Source: a virus. From it: a stretch of DNA of 64,000 bases. The DNA lies in the IMG/VR virus record IMGVR_UViG_3300037882_003529, positions 4,462 through 68,461 of that record, one strand, 5' to 3'. The translations under genes were made by a program, and so were the position numbers. Every line of letters starts with the position of its first letter. Position 1 is the first letter of the stretch. The notes beneath the pieces are model-generated. The model did not search any database. It was not told the origin of the DNA and saw only the letters and a list, made by a program, of their open reading frames with translations. Shown in pieces: positions 23,511 to 34,119 of this stretch.

Positions 23511-24884
23511 CTAAAGAGATTTTAGTTCTTTCTCAAACATTTTTGAGGGTTCGGTCGTACTCCAAGTTTCGATATCTTTCTCGAGACCTTGAATTTCTTT
23601 CATTGTATCATTAATCCATGAATCACTGAAATGCCAAATTCGCATTTCAACTAATTCATCAATATGTTTAGAAGGATATCCTCGATTAATCAGTTCGGAT
23701 TTAAGAAGCGATTTCGATTCTCGAAATTCAGCAAGAATGAAATCCAAATCTAAAACAGATTGAACAAACGTCAGTTTTGATTTTAGGAGATCAAGACGAT
23801 CTTGATCTCGAGAAATCCAAGCTTTTAGACGACGAGGATAAATCGATAAACGATATCGACAAAATTCGATCAACAATTCATTAGCGGTCGAAAATGTTCT
23901 TAAAGATCCATTTTCGTTAATTACTCTAATGGTTTCTCCTAAACCACTATCAAGCTTCAACAATTTGATGATAGCTTCATCATTTTTTTGAGCGACGCCT
24001 GGAATCTTTACAGTGAAATCAAAGTTGCCTTTAGAACATTGCTCACTGTAGTCGGAGATTTTTTCTTCCGATAATAACTTTTGAAGAAAAGCGATATATT
24101 TTTCTCGCTCAATTCCAATCGGAAGTTCTGTGATTCGAACTGAAATTCGACCTTCACGATTAAATTTACCTCGGCATCTCCATCTACCATTTGGATCTTT
24201 GTAGACTTTACCAGTGAAGTCAGCAAAATATGGAGGTAAATCCATATTCAAAATTTCTTCTTCAGTCTTTCTGCCTGAAATAAAATCAGCACACACTGAA
24301 GCCAGTAATTTAGGATCTCTTGGTAAAATGTCAGTTGCGTAACCAATAGCTACACCTGAAGCTCCATTTACCAAAACCCATGGAATAAGCGGAAGAAGAA
24401 ATTTTGGCTCTTTGTCTTCAGGATCAGGCGATTCTTCAAGAACATCCGAATCTACGAAGTATTTGTCATATTGAGGAGACAATTTAACAAACGTGTAACG
24501 AGGAGCTGAGGCTTCATTCACTACACGCGATCCAAAATTTCCTTCACCGTCAAGAATTGGCAAATTATTTCGCCATGTTCCGGCCATTAAGGTTGCGGCA
24601 TCACTAAGACTTCCATCTCCATGATGGAATCCAGCATAAAGAACAGTTGCGCCTGCTAATGCGGCAGTTTTGATCTTTTTTGTCTTTGCGAGATTTGACG
24701 CGACCCAAACGAGTTTTCTTTGACTTGGCTTAAAGCCATCGATCATCGAAGGAATAGCACGAGAATACAAAACGTATAAAGCGTAATCTCGATACGCCGT
24801 ATTCAAAAAATCTGAAACAGAAATTTCAGAATCTTTGATTTGCGGCTTTAACTCTTCAGTCCCAAAAAATTCTTTAATACTCAC
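23511..24884 (-). CDS. 52: type II topoisomerase, DNA-cleavage subunit (T4 gp52-like)
   Basis: RAIPSMIDGFKPSQRK, HHGDGSL, GNFGSR, SAPRY catalytic Tyr. Confidence 0.95.
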   Translation of the reverse strand: MSIKEFFGTEELKPQIKDSEISVSDFLNTAYRDYALYVLYSRAIPSMIDGFKPSQRKLVWVASNLAKTKKIKTAALAGATVLYAGFHHGDGSLSDAATLMAGTWRNNLPILDGEGNFGSRVVNEASAPRYTFVKLSPQYDKYFVDSDVLEESPDPEDKEPKFLLPLIPWVLVNGASGVAIGYATDILPRDPKLLASVCADFISGRKTEEEILNMDLPPYFADFTGKVYKDPNGRWRCRGKFNREGRISVRITELPIGIEREKYIAFLQKLLSEEKISDYSEQCSKGNFDFTVKIPGVAQKNDEAIIKLLKLDSGLGETIRVINENGSLRTFSTANELLIEFCRYRLSIYPRRLKAWISRDQDRLDLLKSKLTFVQSVLDLDFILAEFRESKSLLKSELINRGYPSKHIDELVEMRIWHFSDSWINDTMKEIQGLEKDIETWSTTEPSKMFEKELKSL

Positions 24885-25014
24885 AAAAATGGCTCGAAGA
24901 AAAGAATAAGCAATGTAAATCCTACAATCAAACCAATAAATGTAATCGTTAACCGAAAGAACAAACCTTGTCTACCGTCATCTTCGCACATATGGATCCT
25001 TTTGTATGATTTCG

Positions 25015-25043
25015 ATTATAACAACCAGGAACAGAAAGTAAAC
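25015..25043 (-). promoter_or_regulatory. T4-type early promoter
   Basis: minus strand GTTTAC-N17-TATAAT. Confidence 0.75.
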
Positions 25044-25300
25044 AGGACTATCACAGAAATAACAAGAACAAGCCATTTGGCTAAATCTTGATAATGCTCC
25101 GTATACAATTGTTCTTCTTCAGGTTCTTCATTGTTTTCCATACGTTATTCAGCTGTTTGTGATGGAAAAGGCTGTCTTGCGTTGATCTCGTACTCTCTAA
25201 CACGATCTTCAACTTCTTTTTGAGTTGGAGCTTTCCCAGGAGGAGGAAGATAGACCACTCTTCCGTCTGTTAATGTAATCGCTATCATTGCGTAATTTCC

Positions 25301-25921
25301 TTACATGTAGTTGTCGACAAGTTCTTGTTCAGTCATGATTCTAAATTCTACTTTTTGGCGCCAAAAATCAGCTGCTCTAATAACTGCTTGATGATCAGTT
25401 TCGCCACCTTTCACATCACAAATTACAAAAGGATTTCCATTCTCTATTCCATAGACAGTTCTTGTAGGAGAGCTCAAGAATAATGGATCGCAAATCTCAA
25501 GAGTTTTATTCGTATTATAAAGATAGAGAGTCGTATTAATTTTACTAAAAGCTTTCAGGATTTCTTTACGAACTTCATGATATCGAAGTTTTCCTAGACC
25601 GCAACCAAGAGCTGGAATTGCAATACTTTGAATTCCCATAAACTCTACTTTGTCTCTAAGAGAAACTAAACCTTTTTTGATCCATATAATGCTCGAAGAC
25701 GATTCCCAATGATTCTTTGTAGGAAAATTAAAAATCAACTTTGAATCAAAGAAAGAATGGACAACACCCATATACAGTTGATTTTCTAAACAGAATTTTC
25801 GATAGCTATGATAATTTTTAGGAAATCGTTCTTTGAATTCTTTTGCTAATCCTGCTCCTGAGACTCCTTTGCAATTCACAGGATTTACTAAAGCTTCTGC
25901 TGGTGATTCAAATATGCTCAT
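25301..25921 (-). CDS. macrodomain ADP-ribosylglycohydrolase (DarG/TARG1-like)
   Basis: ALVNPVNCKGVSGAGLA, NFPTKNHW, SIAIPALGCGLG. Confidence 0.9.
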   Translation of the reverse strand: MSIFESPAEALVNPVNCKGVSGAGLAKEFKERFPKNYHSYRKFCLENQLYMGVVHSFFDSKLIFNFPTKNHWESSSSIIWIKKGLVSLRDKVEFMGIQSIAIPALGCGLGKLRYHEVRKEILKAFSKINTTLYLYNTNKTLEICDPLFLSSPTRTVYGIENGNPFVICDVKGGETDHQAVIRAADFWRQKVEFRIMTEQELVDNYM

Positions 25922-27792
25922 AAAGCTTCTTTGTATAAATTTGCTGCGTCAGAGAGCCAATCTTTTCGAAGATCAGCATCGTCGCCAAAAATGAGTTCCA
26001 ATGAATTTTTCCAAGCCATATCGGCTCGAACTACTTGAACCACAGGTTCATTAATCATTGCGCTGTATTCTGATTGAGTAAGAGAGCCCAACCCTTTAAG
26101 ATAGGTGATTTCTGCGCCAGAAGGAATGGATTTCTGAGACGACATGTAATCATCCATCGTATAGAACAAACCTTTCTTTTTGCCTTTTTCCCATTTGACG
26201 ATTGGACTCTTCCAAATCACTACTCGTCCAGACTCAATTAAATTCGGCCAAAGAGAGAAAATGTTGATCAATAATCCAACAATAGAACTTCCGTCATGGT
26301 CAGCATCGGCCATCAAAGCAATGATACCGTAATTTAGAGCTCCTAAATCTGCTGGTTGTCCAGGCTGAAGTCCAATAATGTCAATCAAAGCTGAAATCTC
26401 AGGATTCGCCAGAATTTCAGACCATTTCAAACCATGAATGTTTCGACATTTTCCTCTAAGAGGATATCCACCATGCAAATCTGCGTTTCGAACATCAGCT
26501 AAAGCGCCAATTGCTGACATCCCTTCAGCCAAAAATAAAATTGTTTTAGATCGGTCACGAGAGTTCGCAGGCATGTGAGCTGGAACTGTCTTTTTACCTC
26601 TCTTTCGACTTGAAATTGCTGATCTTTCTTTTGCTTCTTCTTTAAGTCGATATGCTTCAATGATCGGATCTACTAGACCTGGAGTTGAAGAAATCGACTT
26701 AGCAATTTTTTCTGCGTCGATGCCTTCGAAGAATGGAGACAATGAAGACGCTGAGTTTGTAAGATATTCTTTTGCTTGGCTTCTAAATTTAACATTGGTT
26801 ACACCATTAAGCATAACCACAAAGCCAAGTTTATTGCGAGCATCTTTTGGTTTGATTTCCAGCTTGTGTTGCTTCTTAATTCTTTCTACTAAATGCTGAA
26901 CCACAAGCTCTCGAATGTAATCAACATGGCCGCCACCTTCGTAGGTGTCGATGCCATTCACAAATGAAATTTGCTTTGGCTCTTCAGAAGAAAATATAGC
27001 AACTCGAGTTCCAGTCTTTTGAGAAATTTGAATTTCAACATCTCTGCCTGGAGAATGAGATCGAGCATATGACGCAAAATCTCGACCTTTAATTTCGGTA
27101 CCATTGAAAGTAAAAATGATTTGAGGTAGAGCAACAGACAGATCGATCACCCGTTTCATCATCAGGTCACTATGATCTTGGTCAATAGAATCTACATCTT
27201 TAAACAAAGACCAATCTGGTGTGAAACCGATTGATGTTCCTGATTCAACTAGAGCTGATGCTCTTTTTCTTTTTTCTGTTACACCTTTCGATGACTCTAA
27301 CCAAAATTGGTTTTGGCCATCAAAAGTAATGAGAACAAATTGAGAGGAAAGCATATTGACTAAAGCTGCCCCTAATCCATGAGTTCCCATCGACGCATAA
27401 TCTTTTTCTTTGAAATTAGAACCAGTTCTTAAGCATGTAACAGCAGCTTCAGCTTGAAGCATATCTGGATCATCGGCCATAGGAATCTGAGGAATTCCTC
27501 TGCCATTATCAGCTACGCTAATAAGATCCTGTTTCAAGTCGACATTGATTCGAAATTGTCGACCTTTTGTTGTTAGATGATTTGTTCTAAACGATTCGTC
27601 GATCGAGTTTGAAATAATTTCATCAAACATTTTTAGGATCGCTGGAGAAAAATCAACTTTCTTTTCTACAAATCCTTGAGGAGAAACCGTCCAACGAGTA
27701 TGAGATTCTCGTTCAGTGGATCCAACATACATGCCAGGTTTTTGTCTAACATGTTCGATTTCGCTAAGTCTCTCGATTACATTGTTTGTCAT
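25918..27792 (-). CDS. 39: type II topoisomerase ATPase/TOPRIM subunit (T4 gp39+60-like, unsplit)
   Basis: EHVRQKPGMYVGS, DEIISNSIDE, DNGRGIP, EGMSA, PLRGK, DADHDG, YLKGLGS; start at MTNNVIE. Confidence 0.95.
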   Translation of the reverse strand: MTNNVIERLSEIEHVRQKPGMYVGSTERESHTRWTVSPQGFVEKKVDFSPAILKMFDEIISNSIDESFRTNHLTTKGRQFRINVDLKQDLISVADNGRGIPQIPMADDPDMLQAEAAVTCLRTGSNFKEKDYASMGTHGLGAALVNMLSSQFVLITFDGQNQFWLESSKGVTEKRKRASALVESGTSIGFTPDWSLFKDVDSIDQDHSDLMMKRVIDLSVALPQIIFTFNGTEIKGRDFASYARSHSPGRDVEIQISQKTGTRVAIFSSEEPKQISFVNGIDTYEGGGHVDYIRELVVQHLVERIKKQHKLEIKPKDARNKLGFVVMLNGVTNVKFRSQAKEYLTNSASSLSPFFEGIDAEKIAKSISSTPGLVDPIIEAYRLKEEAKERSAISSRKRGKKTVPAHMPANSRDRSKTILFLAEGMSAIGALADVRNADLHGGYPLRGKCRNIHGLKWSEILANPEISALIDIIGLQPGQPADLGALNYGIIALMADADHDGSSIVGLLINIFSLWPNLIESGRVVIWKSPIVKWEKGKKKGLFYTMDDYMSSQKSIPSGAEITYLKGLGSLTQSEYSAMINEPVVQVVRADMAWKNSLELIFGDDADLRKDWLSDAANLYKEAL

Positions 27793-27998
27793 TCTGAAAC
27801 CTTTTCTGCTGTCTGAGGAATAGGATGTTGTGGAGAACAACTTGAGACCATTTGCCAGACTATCGAAGCAACCGCAATCCAAAAGAAAATTATAACACTA
27901 GAAGCAATTCGGCTAATAAATTGGTTTGCTTCAGCTTCATTCAATGTGGCGCCAGATGGTTCATCAAGCCAATGTTTTTTATTTTCGCATTCGCACAT
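27789..27998 (-). CDS. small hypothetical membrane protein
   Basis: one TM helix, ATGA overlap with gene 39. Confidence 0.5.
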   Translation of the reverse strand: MCECENKKHWLDEPSGATLNEAEANQFISRIASSVIIFFWIAVASIVWQMVSSCSPQHPIPQTAEKVSE

Positions 27999-28012
27999 AT
28001 CAACAACTCCAG

Positions 28013-28378
28013 TTAAGGTTGTAGTTTTGAATCATAATCGCCATCAAATTGTACCCCAAAATAGCCTGATCCGGTATATCCAGTTAAATCTTGAGAAAGT
28101 TGAACGCGGTCACCGAATAAATCTGATTGAATCATACTTAAAATTTCGTTTTCTTCCTCAAGATATGGTTCAATTCCACAAGCGACAATGTGACAATTTT
28201 TCTTAAACTGTTCATGCTCATCTGAAGAAATCGTAATTTCATCGTGAAAGCCGATATTTTTGTTTTCTAGCAAAGGTCGAAAAATCTTGTGAATTCTTCT
28301 TAGCTTCACTTGCCCATTACCCAATCTTTTGAATTGCATTGTTTCATAAGCACGTATTGCCCAACTTGGCGCACTCAT
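28013..28378 (-). CDS. hypothetical protein (early)
   Basis: GGAG RBS; promoter GTTTAC..TATGAT upstream. Confidence 0.6.
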   Translation of the reverse strand: MSAPSWAIRAYETMQFKRLGNGQVKLRRIHKIFRPLLENKNIGFHDEITISSDEHEQFKKNCHIVACGIEPYLEEENEILSMIQSDLFGDRVQLSQDLTGYTGSGYFGVQFDGDYDSKLQP

Positions 28379-28414
28379 AAATGGACTCCATATTTTCAGA
28401 TATCATATACTATT

Positions 28415-28444
28415 CTGGGCTGTAGTAAACTTTCTACAGCCCAG
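28415..28444. promoter_or_regulatory. 11-bp inverted repeat overlapping the -35 box of an early promoter
   Basis: CTGGGCTGTAG-TAAACTTT-CTACAGCCCAG. Confidence 0.55.
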
Positions 28445-28450
28445 TAAGTC

Positions 28451-28762
28451 TTATTTCTCGTCGTGTAATTTGTCTATGGCTTGACGAGTAGAAAGTTCAG
28501 TGTCAGTAATGCTATCGCTTTCGATACGACGGCCATTCAACTTATCTCTCATATTTGGCGACATCATATCAATAAGAGATTTATTTGTTTCACGTAAAGG
28601 ATTAGGTCTTTCTGTGTTTAGTTGATCTGCGGCTTTTGCGATCACCGGATCAGTTCTAAATTTCAAATACAACCTAATAGAAAGAACAACAACAAATAAA
28701 AAAACAATTAAGACCGAAACCCAATCAAAGGTAAAAAACCAAATCAACCAATCATTCATCAT
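28451..28762 (-). CDS. hypothetical membrane protein
   Basis: N-terminal TM. Confidence 0.6.
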   Translation of the reverse strand: MMNDWLIWFFTFDWVSVLIVFLFVVVLSIRLYLKFRTDPVIAKAADQLNTERPNPLRETNKSLIDMMSPNMRDKLNGRRIESDSITDTELSTRQAIDKLHDEK

Positions 28763-29075
28763 CTGAGCTATCCTGGGAAATGTTCTCGTGTGGAACGATC
28801 GATCCTGGGAAAAGACTTTCTACAGCAGTCTGATAAGTTTCCGAAGCTGCTGCTCGTTTTCTTACCTCATCTCTAAACCGATCTTTTGCGATCAAATAAG
28901 ATAGACTTTTTGGCATTTCATATTTTTCTTCAAGATCTTCACGAATTGCCTTAATATGATCTTGCTGTCCTGCAATAAGAGTAAGAGCATTCACGATTTC
29001 TTCGATTGCTCCTGCGATTTTCTTTTTATCTTCAGGACTACTTGGAGCTACCCAATCTGGATCTACTGATGACAT
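28752..29075 (-). CDS. dsbA: dsDNA-binding protein (T4 DsbA-like)
   Basis: KKIAGAIEE..DHIKAIREDLEEKYEMPK..IAK helical pattern, size ~100 aa. Confidence 0.65.
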   Translation of the reverse strand: MSSVDPDWVAPSSPEDKKKIAGAIEEIVNALTLIAGQQDHIKAIREDLEEKYEMPKSLSYLIAKDRFRDEVRKRAAASETYQTAVESLFPGSIVPHENISQDSSDDE

Positions 29076-29084
29076 ACACTTTCC

Positions 29085-30317
29085 TTATATTGATGAAACT
29101 GTTGATCGTCTTTCGGCTACCGATTGACGAGTTTTTCCAGTCGAAATATATCGAATAGGAATTGATATTTTATCTCCTGGAAAGTTAAAATCTTGGGAAT
29201 CAGCCCATGTTACTGCTAAAACAGGATCCCAATATGTTTGTTTTTGGGACATGGTCGTAAAAAGGTCACTGCAAATTCGAATTCGCATATCACCTAGATC
29301 AAGTTTGCCTCGCCTTTGATCTCCTTGCCATTGATTTGGTTTATTTGTGTCATCATCGAACTTAACCCAATCTTGGCTCTGGCTTGAATACATTTGACCT
29401 GTTCCGTGACGAGTCAAATAAGTTCTAGTCACATAGATCGGCTGAATTTCGACCGATTTAGTAAGATTTCCTTTAAAAATCTCACCAGAAAGATCATTAA
29501 TTGCTTCGGAAGCTGACTCTATTCCAGGATCAGAAGGAGTTAAATGCGGACTCCAAGTGGGCTGACCGATTAATTTTTCAGAAAGGCCAAGTCCTTGTGC
29601 ACCTTCAACGATGATTTGAAAATGTTCGCCTAATAATACCTTTTGATGCTCAGAAATTGAATTGTCGTTAAATTCTTTTACTTTGTATAGTGATTCAGTA
29701 AAAAGTGACAATAATTCAGATGAACAATATAAAGAAACATCAAATAATCCTTTTGACTTCTCGTTTAGATTTTCTAAACCATAGTTTCGATGTTTAGCTA
29801 TACGAGTAGGATTAATGTATTTTAATCGAAGTGCTTCTTCTTTGAATGATTTAGATCTTTTGAAACATTCAAAAATTCCGTGGCCACAAGATCCATGCCG
29901 GCCACTACCTCGATTTGTTTCATGGATTTGATTTGTTGCCATATCCCAAGGCGTAACAATTCGACAAGATGGTGATATCATAATAATTGGAGTCCATCCA
30001 AAAAAATCCTTGAACTTTTCCAATTCTTTGAGAAGAGCTAAAGGATTTAGATAGAAGTTAGAACCCAAATATCCAATTACATTACGGCCAACACCACATC
30101 CAGAAGGAATTGAATTAAAGACGAAAGATCTACCATCTGGATAATTCACTGTATGTCCAGCTTGAGCGCCTCCATTATGACGAATACATATCACATAATG
30201 GAGATTTCTGTTCGTTTCGACATCATATTGAAGCGCTTTGTTAGTAAGATAATCGGTCATTAAACCTTTACCTTCGTCGCCGAAATTTGCTCCAATCACA
30301 ACTGGAATGGTTATCAT
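29085..30317 (-). CDS. adenylosuccinate synthetase-like protein (divergent PurA clade)
   Basis: GANFGDEGKG, RHNGGAQAGHT, HGSCGHGI, EGAQGLGL, VTRTYLTRHG. Confidence 0.85.
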   Translation of the reverse strand: MITIPVVIGANFGDEGKGLMTDYLTNKALQYDVETNRNLHYVICIRHNGGAQAGHTVNYPDGRSFVFNSIPSGCGVGRNVIGYLGSNFYLNPLALLKELEKFKDFFGWTPIIMISPSCRIVTPWDMATNQIHETNRGSGRHGSCGHGIFECFKRSKSFKEEALRLKYINPTRIAKHRNYGLENLNEKSKGLFDVSLYCSSELLSLFTESLYKVKEFNDNSISEHQKVLLGEHFQIIVEGAQGLGLSEKLIGQPTWSPHLTPSDPGIESASEAINDLSGEIFKGNLTKSVEIQPIYVTRTYLTRHGTGQMYSSQSQDWVKFDDDTNKPNQWQGDQRRGKLDLGDMRIRICSDLFTTMSQKQTYWDPVLAVTWADSQDFNFPGDKISIPIRYISTGKTRQSVAERRSTVSSI

Positions 30318-31237
30318 TATTTTACTCGAGTCATTCCAGAGTTTTTAGGAGCGACCGTCAAACCTTGAAGAGCATTTGCAATCACTAAAGATTTGTCTCC
30401 AGACCAGCTTGCCGCTACTGAGGCAACTGAAGAACCTTCGACCACTTGGATGGTCGATACAACCAACTCAGAAAGACTTTCTGAATTAGACAATCGAAGA
30501 TAGCGTTGACCTAATAAAGCTTTCCAAGATTTGTCGACCTCCTGGCCATAATATCGATAATGGCTTCCTTCTTCAACAGCAATATGAAAAACTTCATATT
30601 GACTTTGGGCTAAAGCTAATAAATCTTCAGCTGAATAATCTACCTCAGAATCAATACCCAAAAATTCTTTAGCTCTATTTTTTGGTATGCCTGCTGGAGC
30701 TTGCTCATCACCAACCGTAAAGAGATATCCTTTTTTGCCTCGTTTAGAAAAAGAATCAGTTTTGGTCATTAATCCTGCGACAGCCCAAGCGGCGTCGTAA
30801 GATTCTGTTAAATTACCACCACCGCCACCTTCGATATAAATCTTATGAAGCTGTTCAACGATTGAATTATTGGCCTCAAATTGGCTAACTTGAATTGGAG
30901 CTCTGTCGCAGCGAACATCACCAATAGCAATAAACATCAAATGAGGATTAGTGACTGGTTTTCGGTCAAGGATTTCTTGGAACAAAATTCCAAGTCCTTT
31001 AATTGCCATACTTTGAGCAAGAGAACCCATTGAACCGGTAACATCGAGTGCCACAATGATTGGAGTTGACAAAGGATTATCAGGAGAATCTACTGATTCG
31101 CGAATTCCATTTGTAAAATTTAGAGGATCTAGAGAAGGATCTAGATAAACAGATGTAAAATTTTCGTGAATCGGTTTGGTTGCAGCTACTGCCGCTGAAG
31201 CCAAATATGCTGATGGATTAAATGCACCATGTCCCAT
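30317..31237 (-). CDS. vWA-domain protein
   Basis: LDVTGSMG MIDAS, EGGGGGN..ESY, FTVGDE. Confidence 0.85.
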   Translation of the reverse strand: MGHGAFNPSAYLASAAVAATKPIHENFTSVYLDPSLDPLNFTNGIRESVDSPDNPLSTPIIVALDVTGSMGSLAQSMAIKGLGILFQEILDRKPVTNPHLMFIAIGDVRCDRAPIQVSQFEANNSIVEQLHKIYIEGGGGGNLTESYDAAWAVAGLMTKTDSFSKRGKKGYLFTVGDEQAPAGIPKNRAKEFLGIDSEVDYSAEDLLALAQSQYEVFHIAVEEGSHYRYYGQEVDKSWKALLGQRYLRLSNSESLSELVVSTIQVVEGSSVASVAASWSGDKSLVIANALQGLTVAPKNSGMTRVK

Positions 31238-31248
31238 GGTAGTTCTCC

Positions 31249-32232
31249 TTACGTTGATGATGGATATACTTGATCGAAAGTTAAGGGTGTTTCCGTAAAT
31301 CTGATTTCGCCAAATTCTTTCTTGACGCCATCATACCATATCCGGAGATCATCTATTGCTGTTGATTGATGTTTAGAAAACCAAGGCAATAAATTCTTCG
31401 GAATTTTAGGATAGAACAACTTTAGAGCTATTGTTCTGGCTTGAAGGCGATGTAAATCAAATCCAGCTTTATCAGAAGATTTTCCTAGTCGATTTGGAGG
31501 AAATTCAATTTCTTTCGGAAACAAATCGACTTTATTGCCTAAAGAATACAGACATTCATTGCCGCCTAAGCAAAACACATCATGTGTTTTAGGATCTATA
31601 AATGACGAAGAAATTAATGAAAGATTAACTAAATCTACCGTCTCTAATGTACAAATCATGGTCAAAATTCTTGTGATAATCCAAGCTTTAGTTTTTGGAT
31701 CAAAAGAATTAAGCAGATTATAGGAGTCAGTTAGCTTAACAATATCTTTTGGCTTATCAAATAAGAGAATGAATCCGTCATCTGGTGCAGCCCAACAAGT
31801 ATGATGAAATTTAAAAGCCCATAAAGCTTTTGCTACATCTTCGTTTGGGAATTTTTTCTTGTTTGTCGTAATTCGATTTTTGAGGAGCTTATCGGCATTC
31901 TCAATACGATCACCAAGATCATTCCAGTCTTTTGAAAATTCGAGCCATCGATATTTTGGAGTGATATGCTCTATGATTCCTTCACAAATCAATCGAGAAA
32001 TTCTAACATTTTCGATGATGATTCGACTGTTTGAAGTTTTAATTACGACAGAATTTGATTTGGTAGCTTCTCCATTCCAAACCTTAGTCAAATGAACAAA
32101 AACATCACTCGAACCATTTGGTTTATCAGGGTGCCATTTTCTTCGAAGTCGATCAAATTCTTTCTGATCGTTGTTAAACAAAATACTCCGATCACTGATT
32201 GATAAAATTTCTTTTGAAGAAAGATCGCTCAT
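31249..32232 (-). CDS. J-domain-like (WHPD) fused to degenerate kinase-like domain
   Basis: LRRKWHPDK; C-terminal AWIITRIL..FIDPKTH..LGG kinase-like remnants; start MSDLSS. Confidence 0.6.
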   Translation of the reverse strand: MSDLSSKEILSISDRSILFNNDQKEFDRLRRKWHPDKPNGSSDVFVHLTKVWNGEATKSNSVVIKTSNSRIIIENVRISRLICEGIIEHITPKYRWLEFSKDWNDLGDRIENADKLLKNRITTNKKKFPNEDVAKALWAFKFHHTCWAAPDDGFILLFDKPKDIVKLTDSYNLLNSFDPKTKAWIITRILTMICTLETVDLVNLSLISSSFIDPKTHDVFCLGGNECLYSLGNKVDLFPKEIEFPPNRLGKSSDKAGFDLHRLQARTIALKLFYPKIPKNLLPWFSKHQSTAIDDLRIWYDGVKKEFGEIRFTETPLTFDQVYPSST

Positions 32233-32236
32233 ATAT

Positions 32237-32437
32237 TCATTGCTTTTTGAGATGACGTCTGTAACCGATAGACTTAGAAACGGGGTGCCTATTTCTAGCA
32301 TGATAGTGTCGTACACTGTACGCGGAATTTTCGTCTAGAGTTTCGGCAATTACTCTACCAGCAAAGCTTACTTGCCAAATTCCATCGACTTCTTCAATTT
32401 TGTATTCTCGATATTTTTCTTCAATGCCGGCGATCAT
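32237..32437 (-). CDS. hypothetical protein
   Basis: 66-aa ORF, AGGA RBS. Confidence 0.55.
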   Translation of the reverse strand: MIAGIEEKYREYKIEEVDGIWQVSFAGRVIAETLDENSAYSVRHYHARNRHPVSKSIGYRRHLKKQ

Positions 32438-32518
32438 CGTATTTGTCCTTGTATCCCAAGAATCGTTTCAAATGATACCACCAAGCCATATGAATAGGCT
32501 GAAGTTGTCATATATTTC

Positions 32519-32956
32519 CTAAACGTGTTTTAGAATTTCTCTTTGGGTCATTAGTAATTTCCCAAGATGATTAAGTCCGGTTCCATTGCAAACTCCCCAA
32601 AAGGTATCATTCCACCAGTTTCCTTCAATCAATTCTTCGTCTCCAGTTTTTAGAAGACGGTCTGCAAGTTCAGTGCCAAAAGAAAATTTGATCTCGATGA
32701 TTTCTTGCATGACACTTAATTTCTTAAGATCCCAACCAGCTATTGGAGTAACTCGACGGCCTCGTGATTTTGCGAATGCCGGAGTAGGTGCTCGTCGAAT
32801 ATGATCGTGATCCTTAATGTCTAAAGCTTTGGCTGCTTGATAGGCATGTTCGGCGCTTGCGTAATTGTACGTTTGAGCACCTATGGATCGAACGATATTA
32901 CAGAGATAGAAATTGCTAAGAAATCCATACTCTCCTTTAAAGCTATTGATTGCCAT
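32519..32956 (-). CDS. NADAR (YbiA-like) family protein
   Basis: FLSNFY, SAEHAYQAAK, LLKTG..LIEGNWWNDTFWG, NHLGKLLM. Confidence 0.95.
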   Translation of the reverse strand: MAINSFKGEYGFLSNFYLCNIVRSIGAQTYNYASAEHAYQAAKALDIKDHDHIRRAPTPAFAKSRGRRVTPIAGWDLKKLSVMQEIIEIKFSFGTELADRLLKTGDEELIEGNWWNDTFWGVCNGTGLNHLGKLLMTQREILKHV

Positions 32957-33274
32957 AATGAATCCATATAAGTCGTAATAACATTATAACATATTCATTA
33001 CCCGAAGTAAATTAATGAATAGCCACATCCTAAACACTTCATCACTTCAACTAATTTACTAACAGGAGCTACAGCAGGAATGTCTATTGGTGTTATGGCT
33101 ATAATAGGAACAAAAGCTATGCCAGAAGTAAGTTCTATTGCACAACGAGGGCAAATCATTTATCTTCTTCAAGATCTTCAAAATCTTCAAGATAACACCA
33201 ACATACCTCGCAATATAATTCACCCAACTTAATGGTGTTATTGCAATGCCAACAAGTTTCGGTTTTAGTTTCGG

Positions 33275-33595
33275 TCATCGAAAGTAATCCTCTTCATCTT
33301 CGTCGTCATCTTCAAAATCTAAATAACGAGAACCTGTTCCAAAGTTTCCTCCAGGAAAGAGAGTAGTCAAAACTTCAACTTGAGTGTCATTAAGTTCGAT
33401 ATATTTAGCCAGACGACTAAAGTCATCTGATGAATACTGTATAAACTCATTAGCGCCAAAATAAATTTCTTTATTTTCGAGCTTTTTAGCTTTTTTGGTC
33501 AAACTTTCTTTAAGAGATTCTATAGAATCTGCTTCGAAAATTCTGAACATTTCGCAATCAAATTCATCTTTGTTTAACTTGACTAAAATTTTCAT
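33275..33595 (-). CDS. hypothetical acidic protein
   Basis: AGGAG RBS. Confidence 0.6.
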   Translation of the reverse strand: MKILVKLNKDEFDCEMFRIFEADSIESLKESLTKKAKKLENKEIYFGANEFIQYSSDDFSRLAKYIELNDTQVEVLTTLFPGGNFGTGSRYLDFEDDDEDEEDYFR

Positions 33596-33613
33596 TGTTT
33601 TCTCCTATGAATT

Positions 33614-33919
33614 CTAGTATGAAATGAAACGCAATGGACTAAACATAACCGATAGCCAACCAAATAAAGCACTTTCAAAACTGTTAGTGCCGCCGGCGTA
33701 CCTATACCTGATCTCAAAGAGATCTTCTTCTCCTGGGAAGTGCAGCCACCAATTGTTATTGGAGTCTAATACCCAATCCTCGTCACTTCCTTGATTTTGC
33801 ATATAAGGTACAAAGCCTGAAGCCGGATCAGCTTCTATAATGGCCGACAACTTAGCTGCAAATCTTGCTCGTAAAGAACGGTCAGTTGTAAATTTAGCAT
33901 GTAATAACTGTAGCTTCAT
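33614..33919 (-). CDS. hypothetical protein
   Basis: ATGA overlap. Confidence 0.6.
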   Translation of the reverse strand: MKLQLLHAKFTTDRSLRARFAAKLSAIIEADPASGFVPYMQNQGSDEDWVLDSNNNWWLHFPGEEDLFEIRYRYAGGTNSFESALFGWLSVMFSPLRFISY

Positions 33920-34119
33920 AGTTTTCCTCGATTCTCATAAGGTTTCTCCGTTTCTTTTTGTTTTGGAGGTTCAAAGCTCATTAATGAAATTCCAACAGTA
34001 ATTCCTAAACAAAAAATAATAATACATGCTGCAGTCATATGAACATAGTCTTCTTTTTCTGAAAAATGAATAGCAGCATAAATTGATATTGCTGTCGCAA
34101 TTAATGCAATTGGTATCAT
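33916..34119 (-). CDS. small two-TM membrane protein
   Basis: two hydrophobic helices. Confidence 0.6.
   Translation of the reverse strand: MIPIALIATAISIYAAIHFSEKEDYVHMTAACIIIFCLGITVGISLMSFEPPKQKETEKPYENRGKL

Noticed and set aside
29085-30317. PurZ (2-aminoadenine, Z-genome) synthase
   Set aside because: Retains PurA-type GDEGKG with catalytic Asp rather than the Ser-containing PurZ motif; no DatZ nearby
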